Of a DNA stretch of 64,000 nt, positions 1-18,700 are shown piece after piece (positions within the stretch are counted from its first letter, which is position 1; each line of letters begins with the position of its first letter). Position numbers and translations under genes: made by a program. This DNA comes from Ascidiella aspersa. Taxonomy: Eukaryota. The notes beneath the pieces are model-generated. The model did no database searches and had not been told where the DNA came from. It was given only the letters and a program-made list of their open reading frames with translations. The stretch covers positions 23,932,001-23,996,000 of the forward strand of contig OZ004609.1 in NCBI GenBank assembly GCA_963924565.1, read 5' to 3'.

Positions 1-3586
<3,586 letters not shown>

Positions 3587-6500
3587 GTCGGCATTTTTGT
3601 TAGTTCTAGGACCAAAATCTGGCCACGCAAGGGAAATGTAAATGCGAGAACGACGCGCCGAAAAATGATTGTGACTAACTGCCAGTTTTTATGTCGTCCT
3701 GCGCGGTAAAAATATTCGCGATTTCTTGCGAAGTTGCCTACTCTAAAGCTTGTATCACGCCCCGACTGGTAGGCTGTTGGTTAATGTGCTCCGTGAAGGG
3801 GTTACTGTTGCGACCACGTCGTGCTTCTATCGTTAGTATTCTTTTTTAGACGGATGTAATGTAAATGTGCTGAATAAAACCACCCACGGCTCTGCATGTG
3901 ATTTGTAATGAGTCGAAGAGGATAGTAGGGATGGACAAACGTGTACAGTACACTGTACAATTAAAGATTTGCTTTAAAAAAAGACACAAACTTCGTATGG
4001 TGAATATTCATTCCTAGAGCAGTCAAGAAAATCATATCGACGAACCGATTTTACACCACTGCTAGATTATAGCAACGCATAAAGTAATAGGCGTATTTTT
4101 TGCCACAACCGACTCTACGTCAATTTACAAGCAATGTAAGTTAATCCGTAACATTAATACCTCGTGCAGAGTTTTTTTTCCGCAATTCGTTTTTTTTATT
4201 TCCGCAATTTTAAATATACATTACGTTTAGTTATGGCGATATCTTGACAGCTTGCTGTGCTGTTATCTATTTAGTTAATGACTTGACTTAAATGCAACTT
4301 ATTACCATTTATTTATTACACAGCGTGGTGTTTAAATGCGACGTATGACAATTGGCAAGCCTAGTGACTTCTACGAAATACCCTAGTAACATACACAAAT
4401 ATATCGCGGCTTTTCATTAAACACAAACCCCTCGTCATTTTTTTTTTAATTTTTCAGTGGAGTAAACACATTCCTATTAAATTATATTTAGTTTAATTGC
4501 TTTGATTGCAAGCTTACAGAGACCGTATGGAGTTTTGAACATAAAAAATGTGGCTGGCTGACTTGACCAGAACCCTGAAAAAAATTAGAGAAATACAATT
4601 TCCGTAACGTTTCGGGAATGTATTCGACGAAAACAGGACACTACAAGCATTTGGGCAATATACATTTTGGCGAGCAACGACATTAAATACTACATTGGTT
4701 TATTTTCAAGGGTTTCAAAGCCATTTAACTATAAAGAAATCAGTCACATTCATTTTGCGAATACCATATGTACATATTAGACGATTAGGTAAAATAATTG
4801 TTCATTTATAGGCTAAGCTGAACGAATAATTTACATATGCACGACAGCAAGGAATTCTGCACCGTACAATGTAGTTTCTGTACCGAAATCCGTTTCAGTC
4901 CGATATGCAACAAAATACATGTTTAGAAGAGAAGCTAGATTTGTGATATAAAGAATCGAAGGGTATTTTCGGCATTTTTTTTCTTAACTATGAAATGCTA
5001 CAGGTTTTGCCAAAATGTTTTTTCAGCGACCAGCGCCTCTCAAAGCATCAACTGCATCGTGATGTGCAAGAAATGTACTACATGGCGAGAAGGCAAATTT
5101 GAAAAAAAATAGACTGTTATAACGCAGCTACCCGGCGGATTTTGTAAATTTGGTTTTACCATTTTAAAGACAATGACTCGTACTAATGACCCTTCTTCTG
5201 CTTTAAGCTTGGGTAATATGGTGCCGCTATTTAGAAAGAAAGACGCGCTGTTACGGCGAGAAAGAAAGAGTGCTGTAACGGCGAGAAAGAAAGCAAAATC
5301 TAGAATGCTGCGAAAAAGCGAAAAGGATAAAGTGAATAAGCGAAGTCAGGACAGAAAAAATGTATTGGGCTAACGCACAATAATGCTGTAACTAAGGAAG
5401 GCCTGTCGCACTGGCGTCCATCAAAAAGGGCAGTTACTAGCAGGTGCCGCAAATAGGGTAAGTTTAAACAACGTTTTGGAGTCGACACTATTTAGCTTTT
5501 AAAAAAGCATTTATCGTCAGCCCTACCCATAACGATAAATAAAAGTTATACTAATAGTTCCGCGATTTTTTATTTGATTTCCGAATTGTCGAAGGAGAAA
5601 TAAACCCCACACTGAAGTGAGTTAACCGGATCACAATAAAAATACATAAAGATAGGCAAAAATATACAATACATCAATAGGTTAAATTGGGCAGAAAACG
5701 TATGCCTTTCCGCAAATACACACTTATTACAACAGTACAACAAAACACACGGAACGCGTTTGTAGTTAGTCTTTATCAATGCCAACACAACAGAAGAAGA
5801 TTACATTAAAGCTACAGCGGAAACACAGTGTTCGAACCGATCACCATTGCAAAGCAGCACCGTGGAACAACAGGCCCAACCTCTATCTAGCAAGCTCAAA
5901 CAACGAGTCGCTTGTACACGGGCGACGTTATGTATTGTCCTTTACGGTTAAAAGACCACATGTATAAAGCAGTGGGGATGAGTTAAATGCGAAGCAAGAC
6001 TTGCTAACTTCATATACACGCATTTAATTAAGAAAGGTGCTCTAGATTTCGATCTTTTATGAGTGATGTGCTCATATCTGTGTCAAGAATAATATGATTT
6101 ATGGTGGATAGCTTATACAGCACGGTAAGACTTGGGGATGGGGATGCTATATTATAAAGCAATCAATTCTTTGAAGACTCCGATGCCTTTGTCAAACAAT
6201 TGTCTGTTGACAATGTGAATATGTGTAAGTGCTTGTAAAAATGGTAAATGTTCCAGGTTCAAATATACAAGTTTCGTTTTTCCGAGTTATGAAGAAATAT
6301 AATGTATTTTTGCCAATTTTGGTTGTGGTCAGTCATTACTTCCACGGCTTGGCAATCTGCCTTTATTGCCCAATTAAGAAACGTGGGTAGAATGACGTGA
6401 CCGCGTCAAGACATGTACCATTATTTACAGTAGATTAGTAGCTATCTACTGATCAAAATAAAAGTCCAAGAATTAATATTTTATTCCACACTAAAAGCCA

Positions 6501-6719
6501 TCCAAAATAGTCGATTTGGGTTGCCTGTTGTGTGGGTCTTTGTAATCCCGTAATTAATAACCTGGTCGATTACGGTTCAGTCGTTCAAATAATGTTTGCA
6601 TAAAAAGAGAGGAACACTGAACATAAATAGTAGTAAGAAACCACCGATAGTTACAAATTTTCCTTTATGGAAAGCAATGACCACCTTATAGTATTCCAAA
6701 AAAGGTTCTTTCGCTGAGA

Positions 6720-9700
6720 TCAGTGCAGGCTTCCAGGCCAAGACATGACGGTCAGGGTAATGGAACCGGGGGTTCCCTTGAGCGCCTGGACCACGGCACT
6801 GTGCGTTAAAGCAGCCGCTTCCCGCCCGTTGATGGCCACGATCTCGTCACCGCACTTCATGTTACCCTGGGTGGCCGCTGCTCCACCTGGCACCACGTAC
6901 CTGGCGAACAAATCACGTCGTTCGTGTGAATCGGGCAACGCTGAACGGTTTTGGGTATAACGCTGAATAGGCAATTTAAGGGTGGTCTTGCGTGCAGCAA
7001 ATCTAGTCGAGTTTGTAAGTTCGAACAATACAGCAGGCTGGTTTTGTACTCTTGATTTGTTTGTATGTAAATACTTCATAGGCGACTGATTTTGGCGCCG
7101 TAATAATCTGTGGTCTGCACGACTACAGAAATGCTAGAAAAGGGATTTGTAAATGATATGTACAAATCAGTTGTACGCAGCAAATATAAATGTATCTATT
7201 TCTAGCAATCAGCACCAACAGAATATGCCGTAAACACGAAGAACAAGTGCAAATTCGAATAATGGACACATGCAGCTTCTTTAGTAGCATTGGGTTCTTT
7301 ATTAACACATTTAATTATTATTAAACCTACGCAAAGACACCGACACTCACTTGACAAAAACGGAGGCGTTCTCGGCTTGGGGGCCGACCCTGCCTCCCAC
7401 GATGCTGAAGCCAAGACCCTGCTGTTGCCTGCGCAGCGACACCTCGCGGACAAGACGACACTGGGGCGGCACGGCAAGCCACATGCGCCACGAAGGGGTC
7501 CACGACGCCCAACAGCTGACACCGTTGACCCCACGACGCCCCTGCTGGTGTAAGACCCCACTGAGCTCTTCCCACAGGGCGAAGTCCTCTTCTTTGCCGC
7601 TGTAGCTCAACTCGATCGCTAAGCGAGATGGAAAGTAAGACTAATTTCGCACGGATTTAATTGCTTTCTATAAATTCGCAAATTTCTGTAACAGTAATGG
7701 CCAGATATATGGTGGTTGAAATGTTGGTAGAAACATTCTTGAATTGGAAAGATAACCAAATATTTTGACGGGTTGTGACCGCAGCACTTGCGAAATTCCA
7801 TGAGGAATTTTAAGAAATAATGTAAAACTGGGGTTTCACATGGCGCAAACTATAGCTTCTGGGGATTTTTCCTTTTATAAGCTTAGTCATTCAACAAGGA
7901 CGTCTGCTGGATTAAAACAAAGATACAGAATAATGATGTGTAGTTCAAAACAAATATTTTACAAAAAATTATGCGTCCGGTAAATCATTTAGTTAATTTA
8001 AAATTCCACGTATTGGATGCGCTAATCCGATTTTCCTTTTCAAATTGACTGACCGAACCTAAAATATTCTTAATTTTAGTTCATTCTGATTGTATTGTTT
8101 CGTAGTTTTCTTGACCATTTAAGTGGGAGGTTTAATTTAATTTGGTGAAACAAAGTCTGTTTTGGTTCACAGAAATACAGCCACAAACCACAACCAAAAC
8201 CCTATAAAACGCACAGAGACTACTTACCGACCAACTCGACTTCCTTGCAATGCTGCGCCGCGTCCTTGAGCACTGATATGGCTTGCGTGTGGCTTAGCCC
8301 GGTCAGCTGGATGCCGTTGACCTGCATCAGGAGATCGCCCCTGAGTAGCTTGCGATCACGGCCCAACACCCCCTGGGGCTGGACGTCCTGCACGAAAACC
8401 GGCAGATCGCCCCTGGATCCCGACGTTCCGCCAGCCACCACTATGCCGAGGCTCTCTTGTGGCGCTTTTGTGACCGAGATGACCTTGACAGGAAAGCAAG
8501 ATCGCGTTTTTTTTATAACTCGTTGTCGTATAACAATAAAATGTAATGGTAAAAGCTTCGCATTAATTAACCGAAAGAACTGCATTAATCAACCGAAGCA
8601 TTGAATGCTGTAAAACATTGCCGCTTAGTTAGGTATATTGCTAACCCACTACAAAAACTCCCGGGTCTTCTCTCAAGCAACTTTTCACCTGTGGTCCTCA
8701 GCCTTTTTGCCATCGCATTCAAAAAGGAGAGAAAAAACGAAAAAAAAAATGGTTAACATACTAAAAAAATGCCATTTGCAGTTGCAGTTGTTCAAACTGT
8801 AATACCTAACTGAAAAGAACAAAAAAACATGAAACTAATACAAATACCAGGTTGTTGCTTAAACTATTTTTTGCCGCTGTAGTAAGTGCAATGCAACACA
8901 ACGAACTATTTAGCAATTCAGTCCGTTATATAAAAATTGTTGTGTTTTTGTTCTACTTTACTACAAACGTGATATGGAATGCAGTCAAATATTGTGCTGC
9001 AAAGAATACAAAGTTACTAAATTAGTGCGTAACTAATATTTCACATTTACGCTGTGCGTAACCTCGCTGAATATCGAACTAAATTGACTCTAAGCAACCC
9101 CGTAGCGCATTTTGCACAAGGCCAGAACGTTTTACCATCAATGTTATCTTTGCAAATTAAAGCATTTAAGGAAATTACAAACTCTGCACCTGGCATTACA
9201 CATACTGGCTCGCTCAATAACAATTGGTTGACACTTAATATTAAGGCGAAGGTTTTCGGCGAGTAATTGGTGGCCCGAAAAAACGCTGACGCCTAACTAC
9301 ATTGCTACATTTGTAGCAAGCACTGTAAATGTTTTGCCAACGCTATATGACCTAATACAAACTTGTCACTCGCGTATGTACAATTAGGCACAACCATCAG
9401 TGGGTTTCAATAAATTACCCGATATAAACGGGAGAGTTAGATTCGAATCCAATTTAGTTTTATTGAGTGTCCCAAAACAGGTCTTCAGGGGGCGAAAAAT
9501 GGACATCGTTCCTATTTTCCATTAGGATTGTTTGTGTAAAGCTATCGTTGTTTGTCAAAATGGCGGGTGATTTTGGTAATTTACTGCTAATTTTTATTTT
9601 ACATTGTTATTTTTCTTCTTCTTTAACATAAAGAAGAGCAAATAATACACGGGGACCCTCCCAGATCCCTGGGTTAGCACCCATTGACCTAAAGGATCCA

Positions 9701-12700
9701 AGACTCTGCTGGTCTGAACTTGAACAAAACGAAACGTACAAAACAAACTGAAATACATAATAATAAAAGAAAAACTATTTAAGAAGCTTAACTAATGAAA
9801 ACAAAGTGCTTCGGAAAACTTTAGCTTATAATAGGCAAGTTTGAAATCACCTTTTCTTTGTACGTAGCGCTGAGCGATTGCAGTTCAGGGACCGGGAGGA
9901 AGTTGGGTGATGGGGACCGGGGTTGGCTAGACGTCGGTGTTGCCTGTCAAGTAAAAAAATATTGGTAAAAATTAAAACAAACGAAAAACGATAAATGTTG
10001 TTTCTATTGATTAAGGTAAAAGTAAAGCCATATGCGATTCTTTTATAAAAAGCAACAATTCGCTTGTTGTCCAACTATACACCCTTATACCTTAAAGTTA
10101 CTGTGTTCTGTTTTTTGTTATAGCTTCATTAAAACTTCACGATTGAAGTGCAAAAAAGATAACAATTTTAGGAGAATAAAAACACCTTTGTCAATTTTAC
10201 AAGGGCTTCTCTATTATTTACGGTCCTCGCATCATCGTTACATATAAATAAGTACTTTATGAGAAATCACTGATTAATGAAATTCATTAGAAAATAGGAA
10301 TAAAAAACTAATGTTGTAACAAAACTACGAAAATAAAAATGAGAGATTATTTTACTAGTATTTTCTTGGTCTTTTTTGTTTTTAGTCTTTTTTATGTTTA
10401 TTATATGTCAAGATATAGTTCGATAACAAAAAAGCTCGTATCATATTGCATTATAAACAATTGTTGCAAAGCGCGTTGGCCTTTTAAGTTAATTGGTGTA
10501 AAAGCATGGTATACTCACTTGGTAGCTTAAGTACTAAGGGTCGAATGTCTAGCGATTTTCAGAAATACCTTCGCGTATTTATTGGTCATGTTCGTCGACT
10601 AAACTAGAATAACAGTGCTAAACAAATTGTTAAGTGTTTTATGATTGGATGCGAACAACACTATGTAGAAAAATTACTGCGAAACTGTCGACTAAACGAT
10701 GAAATTAGTAGCTGGTTTGAATTATTTAAAAAAAAGAAGAGTGCGTTTTGGTGAGGCAAATCCTCAATTTACAATGTCAATACATCCCCTGATGTTTCAC
10801 TTCCGCGCAGCACATTCTGTTGTGGCGATCATGTGTAATTTTATGGGTGTAAATAAATCAACCAAATGCGATTAATCAAAGCGCCGAACAATCTTATAAC
10901 TTTTGTGGATCTCAGGGGACTAATTAATGAGCGGCCACCGGCTACCCGAATAAATATTTTATATTAATACAGAAGGATATCGAATTTAATCGGGTCCTGC
11001 AATACAAAAGATGGGCAGGTGAAAGACAACCTAATATCTCGCTTAACTATGAAAAATGAACCTGTACCCATACTTGAACAACTAGCTAACCCTAGTTTTC
11101 TAGTTTTCAAATTCAAATAGTTATTAGAGCACAATTAGGCTTATTCTAATTCTAATTTGTTAATTGATTGTGTTATCTAATTCTATAGTTCTTAATCTAA
11201 TTCGGATTCTACCAAAAAAATACTCTGTCCAACGACATTTTTGTGTCTCTTATTCGGAAGGTAAAATTGGAATTATTACTTAGTTAGAAATACTTGTACT
11301 TTCATTTTACAGCGAGAAAGGCATAGATTGGTAAAAACTAAAAAATTAGCACATGAAAATTTACCAATTACATTCTTACGAGAATAAATTGCGATTGAAA
11401 CAAATTTGATTTGATTGCGAATTAATTCAATGAGTTCTAGTTCAAATTCTAGTTTATATAAAGAAATTAAACGGAAATGTTTTAATTTTATTTATAATCT
11501 AAAAAAATAAAATAAATCTAGTTGTCCCAGGCTGCCTGCACTGCAATAAGGCGGTGTCTATTTACTGCTCATATAAACATATCGGCATAACCGCAATTAA
11601 CAGGCACGTTGGTGAGGTTTCTCGTTGAGGTAGGTAGCTGTGCAATGAACCGTCCAAACTCTAAAGGAATCCACTAGATCAGCGGTTCTCAACCATGTGG
11701 GCCATGGAAATATTTTCAGGTGGGCAACAGAACAATTCAAAAAAGCTAGATTTATTGAAGAATTGAGATTCATTTTTTATTGTCTAGCAGCAAGTATCTT
11801 ACTTTATATACACTACACAGTTGCATGAATAATCTGTTTTGGAATATGTTCTGCTGTTTTTGTTCTAAAGCTTTTTTGTAGTTTTCTTTTACGAAAAATT
11901 ATTGATCAACAGAATTTTTGTGCAGCAAAAATGGACCACGAAAAAAAACGTTGATAACCACTGAACAAGATACTATTTAAAGACCACAAACCGTATTATG
12001 TTTGCCTATTGTGTTTAGAAAACTGTCGGAATAATACGTAACAAGATGACGTCATAAAAACACAGATATATTTCAATTTTAAACAAATGATAGAGCCTAA
12101 TATTTTTAGGCAAACGTCATGTTGCAGATATGAACGAAGACAACAGGTGTTTTTTTAGGACGCTTTATCAAACTTTTACACCTCACCAGAGATATTATGT
12201 TTTATTTATTGATCAATCATTAAAAGTACCTGTTGCTGCTGTTGAGTGGAGCTCAGGCATCTTGGAAGAGTTTTGTCGGTGGCCCAAGGGTTGACAATGG
12301 TGTCGTGGGCCGACGATCGGGGACTATGTCGGCTCACTACGATATTCACCCGCTCGCCGGAGCTCTGCCGTACACAATATAACGTTAGCGAAAACGAATA
12401 TATGTTGCCAAGTATTTACCGTCAAACATACGAGTCTCACAGGGTTTGAAACTTATAACATCTTCGCCGTTAAAGCAGTCATAAAAACGGCGCGATTTTA
12501 TTGTAAAACGGAATGCAATTAACTACGCGATTTTATAGCATTTGCCAAATGATGGTCTACTTTACCAATGTTAAAGCAAAAACAATTTAAATAGATAAAA
12601 AAAATAATAATCTGTAAAACGGCGCGATTTTATTGTTAAACGGAATGCAATTATAGTAAAAATGCCCACATACCACAACTTCCAACATGTTTTTTTTTTA

Positions 12701-15700
12701 ATATTACTATATTATATGGCGCGTAGGTTGGGTTTTATTTCACCGTACCCGTTTCGTTACATTACAATCTAGTTGCGCAATTTACGTAGCGCGTGCTGTT
12801 CATGTGGAGAAGCAACAATATCGGGGTTAAAGTCGACAGCTTTGATATCAATACAAGCCGAGATAAGCAATGCTATCGACATCGTTCGGCCTCCTATCGC
12901 ATCTCCGACAGATCGCCGTGATATAGGATTAACAATCGGCTTTACGATAGCTTTATGCAACAAAACGCATTTGCAGTGCGAGTAAAGGTTTCGCGTCAAC
13001 AGGGCTTTCTTCGCGGTGCGCAACACGTCAGCGGTTTTGTTATCACACTGTGCAGATGTGCTTGGCTTCTGCGGTCCAGAGATAAGTTCGACAGTTAACG
13101 GACTTTTTGTCGACCCGTCGAGAATAAAGAAACGGCGAGCTTACGGCAGGCTCTAAATCTTGAATAGAATAAGAGGGCCCCAAGCAGTTTATTGATCTGT
13201 TTTCGCGGTCTTCGAGATAGTCAACTTAATTGCCCGACGAAGAAAAAATACGGAGGTAGGCCGAACCAAAACGATGACGTCAATCCTGTTTTGCCAAACT
13301 TTTAGCTTTTAAATAAGATCTCCGCGTTCTATTGCACTGTACATCTATATTACTATATTGCCCCCGGCCTTCTTATCAAATCAAGTTTCGATTAGAAAAA
13401 TGGCAAACATATGGCAAAGCGCAAGTAACTGGCGCCAGGGTTCTGCGCTAAACAATATGCCCGGATTTAAACCGATAATAGTAATTTCAGTGCATTTATG
13501 GCTCTAAACAGATTGCATGCCATTGTACCACAATTTTTGCACCAGCGTGACCAAAAACAAATCACGGCATTTGGCAAACGCTCAGAATTTCAACCGTTGC
13601 CGCTAGAATTCTGACTATGTAACGTACAAACTTATCCATCAATGTCGAGATATTTTAACAGATGTCGCTTTGTCTTTAGTCAGACTGTTCCCAAATAGAA
13701 TTTTCACAAAAACACATTATAGAAAATCACAAATAACAACGTGTTCTGCTATGCTAAGATTTGCTGGGACTAGTTCACCACAGAGAAAAGCACCAGAGCG
13801 AAACAGAACAACGGAATCATATAACCGTATACCCGCAAAAGGTTATCCAACTCAAAATAAGCAACCTAAGGGATATATTTTTCGCTTAGGAAAAAACTTC
13901 ATCGTTTCCATTATCCACATTGGCTTTGTTTTACGGTAATGTTATTTTGCTCTGATGTTCAATGCGCAGTTGTCATGACACTTCACCTTCGTGACCGGAT
14001 CCCGATTGACTGGGATATTAATAAATTGACACATAAACGCAGTGGCTTGAGCTGCGACATGCGAAGAATGAAAACTCGGTGTTTGCAATACGCTGCATCA
14101 TACAAAAAGCTGCAAGCTGCTATACTTAACACCGATATTTCAATCTTCGCATGTCGCAGGTGAAAGCCGTTGCGTTCCTGTGACATATTTTTAAAGGCGC
14201 TACTTAACATTTAAACAAGGAAGAACGTTTTCGTGCTTCCCCAATTAAACAATGGGGCGTGTGGACAAAGCCACTCGAAAAACATAAACAGAGTGGGTCG
14301 CCTAAAAAAAGCGCGTCCAGTTTGAAAGCGTTTCAACCTGGATGATGCGGGCTGCCGACTCTGGGGTCCCGTTGCGTAGGTCTGCTTGCGATATCTCGAG
14401 TATTCTGTCTCCGGGCTTGAGCTTGCCGTTGGCGTGCGCCACTCTGCCCTCCACCAACTCCAGAATATAGACGCCCGGTCGCTCGTCCTCGCATGTCGTG
14501 ATCTGTCGACAGCGTTCAACAAAAAAGGCTTGGTAATAAGAATATCAAAGGCTCAAAGCTCATACAGAAGTAGGTATCATTTTGAACGATTCCATTTTTT
14601 CTTTATTCATTTTGAACATGAGATGTTGAAAATGAATAAAGAGTTATTCGAAACGTTCAAAATGATACCCACTTCAGAATGGGCTTGATATTCTCATAAC
14701 GTCTTACTAGAATCTTTAACCATTATGCTTCAAAGGCTTGGCAAAATTTTGGATTTGGGTAACGTCAAACGTTTTACACGGTTTAGTGGAAAAGTAACCG
14801 CAAATATATTAAAATACCGACATCAAAACGTTGAAGGCTTAAGACAAGCTTAGACGTGAAAGCTTCAAATCGGACGTCTTAATACAGAGTCCCCGTCAGA
14901 AAGTAATTACGCCAAACTGACAAGTTTGCAGCTTTTAATTGCAACGCAAATGGCAAGTGTGAATGAAACAAAATAAAATTTTACTCGCTAGCAAAATAAA
15001 TACGCAATTGAAAAAAACGCTTTTTTGTTAAACAATAGTGTAATCAGGTGGCACTGCATAATGACAAATTGTATTGAGTTCTCGACAAGCTTGTGCACAA
15101 CATTGCTTCATCAGGCCAAAGTAAACAACTACAGCCATATGCAAGGATTATTAAACAATAATATTGATATATATAGTTTCTTCCTATTTTAAAGCTTTAA
15201 TAGCTCACAAAACACAGCGGTACAATATGCGACAAAACTGTAAAAGGAACATCCCACCTTGATGCCGAGTTGCTCAGAGGGAGGCTTGAGGAGAGACACG
15301 GAGATCCTCTCCTCCGGTGCTTCCGTATCACCGCTCGAAGTCGGATCCGAACCGTCGGAAGTGACGAGCTTTTCGCGGAGGAGCGTGAATCGCATGAGGT
15401 GGGCCGACCTGCTCAGGATGGCCCGCGCCTCCACGTGGCCAACGTTGTGGAAGTCTTCACCGTTCACCTTGAAGCAAAGGGTTTGCATTGGAAGCGAAGT
15501 CAAGCTTTTGCTTAACCAGTTATTTTTGTTATGGTGCAGTTAATGTAGGCCTACTCGTCACCCCTAAAACACTTTTGCACGACCCACAGATTGGTAGCCC
15601 TGATTTATATAGTGCGTGCCAAACTAGTGTGCCTTAGGATATTCTGACATGTGTCCCCTAAGTTTATATTATTTAAAAAAGACTGCTTGGAAAACTGATA

Positions 15701-18700
15701 GAATTTACGGATTTCCATTTTGATTTAATGAAAGGCGACTTTCGATTTATGAAGGGCGTTTGTCAAGGAAAATAATTGTTGTTTTGTAGAAATGAAGGCC
15801 GCGAATTTTTTTAATTTGTTTTACCGTGCTGAATTAAACTTAAAATCAGAAAGAGCGATGGCAAACTTAGATAAATAAAACGTTGGTGACAGCAATATTT
15901 TTAGACAAACAACACTCGGGTACATAAATTAAAACAAATACTTGATTTTGTAAGAGGATTACATCAAACTAGTGCTTAACATTAGCGCTTAACAGTAAGC
16001 AAAGGTAACATCATGGATTGGATATATAAGAACAACGAAAACAATATTTCAACTTCTTAAATTCGCCGCATTTGTGCAATAGACAAGAGCAGGTGGCGAC
16101 GATCCCGGCTTACGAGACCATTTTTCCGCAAGGCATTTCTCTGAAACTGGAACACATCCCGATCCCATACAGGCGCTATTTAAGGGTCGTTGGGACAAAC
16201 GCGCGCTTCTCTAGCGTTCAAAAACGACCGCCGCCCTCGCAACACAACAACGAGTATACTTAACGCGCGAGACAAGAGCAAATTTCAATTACTGAAGGAG
16301 TCGGCAAATAACGGCGTGACTCACCTCGATGATGATGTCGCCGGGTAAGATACGGCCGTCCTCGGCCACCAGGCTGCCCGGCATCACCGCTTGCACGATG
16401 ACGTTGCGCAAGGGGGTGTCGTTGCCCCCCACTACCGCCAGGCCAAGCTCAGCGACGCCCTCGGGCCGAAAGAGCTCGACCGTGTGCTTGAGGCAGTCTG
16501 GATAGATCTGGTCGATCGGGTTTCCTACGAAAAAGGCCGACTCGGCGGTTAGATGATGTATATAAATTTTCAGGTAGTGGTTGTGTGGCACACGAAAATC
16601 AAATTAGCAACCTTATGAAAACGATGGAAACTTTACGAAATTAATATTAAAGTTGGGGTGAAACCGGGTTTGTGGGGGATTTTTACTTTTAAAATAAAAA
16701 ATAAAGAATTGTTTTTAGAGCCTAAAAAAATCGCAGTACAACAGCCATATGGCACCGCTATTTGTCACAAGCGGTAGCCTAATAGACCCCGAAGTGTTTT
16801 TTTCGATTTGGCAATATTAGGGCTAATCTTTCGGCGTTCATTGATCGAGGTTATTTGATTCGTCCCAGAGCCGAGACGGCGTATTAGGCAGCATACGGCC
16901 TAGTGCATATTAGGTTTATTGACGGTTAACAGCAAGCGTTGACAAGGTCGGAGTTGATTACTGCAGCACTTTCGCACGATCGTGGCCCGGTATTTGGGGA
17001 CGTGCGTAAAATTGTCTGTTGCATCAATTATTTAGCGTTGTTGCTTCGCATAAGCCACGGACGAATGAGAACCGCGTCGGCTTTTCTCAATCGCGCACGA
17101 ACGCAATAATGCGCTGCACCTTCTTATGGGATTCAGGGCAATTGGTCTGTCACTTCAGAAGGCACATTACTGCGAGGGACAAAAGCGCGAGAGCATCGAA
17201 ACGTGAAAACACAAACGGGGGTCAATCGATTGTCAATAAGGGCTAATGACAACAAAACGATAGAAGATGGCACAGTTTATTGTCCATTGAAAATTTAAGT
17301 GCCATTTCCGGTGGCGAACAATCTATCTTGGCTTAATGCGCCCTTGATTTAGTAATATTTGGCTTAAAATGGGCATTCGGTTATCAAACTAATAGGCAAA
17401 TAAATTATTTCACGCCAATTCTGATACTCTAAGATTGACATGTTACAGACATATGTCATATATTATATATATATATATGTATATATATATATTATATAGA
17501 TGTATGTAAGTGTATAAATTTTAGTAATTGACTTTGGTACACAGTTATCATTGTAATACCTTCATATTGTTGGAACTTGCACACTTTTACATGCTCCACT
17601 TGCTCCACCCTGGGACCCCTGTAAGAGCATCCGTACATTGCTTTTGTACACCTCAGGATACCACCGGGACACCTGTTGTTATACGTACACAAAACATCTT
17701 TGTCTAAACAGATTGGGGCACAGGAAAAGCTTTGTTTACTAGTTGCAATTCGATTGTCAGGAATGAGCTGGGACAGAACAATCAAAGTGACCGCTTAATA
17801 TCAGTGGTAACAAAAGTTTATTGTGTGACTATTGAAAACGATCATTAAAGCAATCAAACCGTGGCTAGGGACAATAACAGTGTATTCATTTTTAAACACT
17901 TCTATGAATGGGGAAAAACTCTACAGCTCACTATACACTCATGTTTCAACCAGAAGGAAAATTATGGCTTGCTTTCATTATTTATTTATATGATGTGCAC
18001 TTAAATATAGAAAAAAATATAGGCTTTAATAGAAATCAGAAAAATAGAAAATAATAACACTTAAAAGTAATTACGAACTCGAGATATTTAAAAAAAGTTA
18101 ACTATAGATAAATGTTTTGGCTATTGTTTTCCCAAAGTGTTTCGGTTTTAATTACATCAGCACATAAATTATTAAAAAATACATTTAAGGTGTAATTTGC
18201 ATGACGTTGAATGGAACTGACTGAGACCCAATTGTGTGAGAGCACTTAAACGCTTGTTAACTCCGGACAAGTCCACAAGTAGGAAAAAATCACATGGCTA
18301 AAAACATAAGAGCACTTGGCAATGCTTTCTGTAGGCTAGATTACTTATTGTAAAAATGGACATATTACAATGTGTATAAAAAAACCCTGCACACTGATAC
18401 GTTGAAAACAATATCATATATCACAATGTGGGTATCATTTCTTCAAACCTTTCTTTTAAATGTGCTTCTAAATCAGTCCTGGGCAACTTGAGTTTACAAT
18501 GATCAGTATGTGGACAGCGAATCTGAAGCTTGTTGACCAGCTTACGCATAACAAGGCTTGATTGCCAGCAATCACCAGCACTGCAAAAAAACACACCAGT
18601 CATTACACTAAAATCATTTAATTCATAGTATCACTTTTTACAGCACAAAAGAAATATATACATAAAAATACTTGTTCAATAAAACGACAACAAAACAAAA

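Noticed and set aside
5173-5373. Lys/Arg-rich 66-aa ORF between ISWI and LNX
   Set aside because: It arises partly from a 25-bp tandem duplication in purine-rich sequence, with no splice or homology support.
11608-11637. Possible 30-nt in-frame LNX microexon (LPTSTRNLTN)
   Set aside because: The acceptor is plausible but the donor (GTGCCT) is poor, and there is no homology support.
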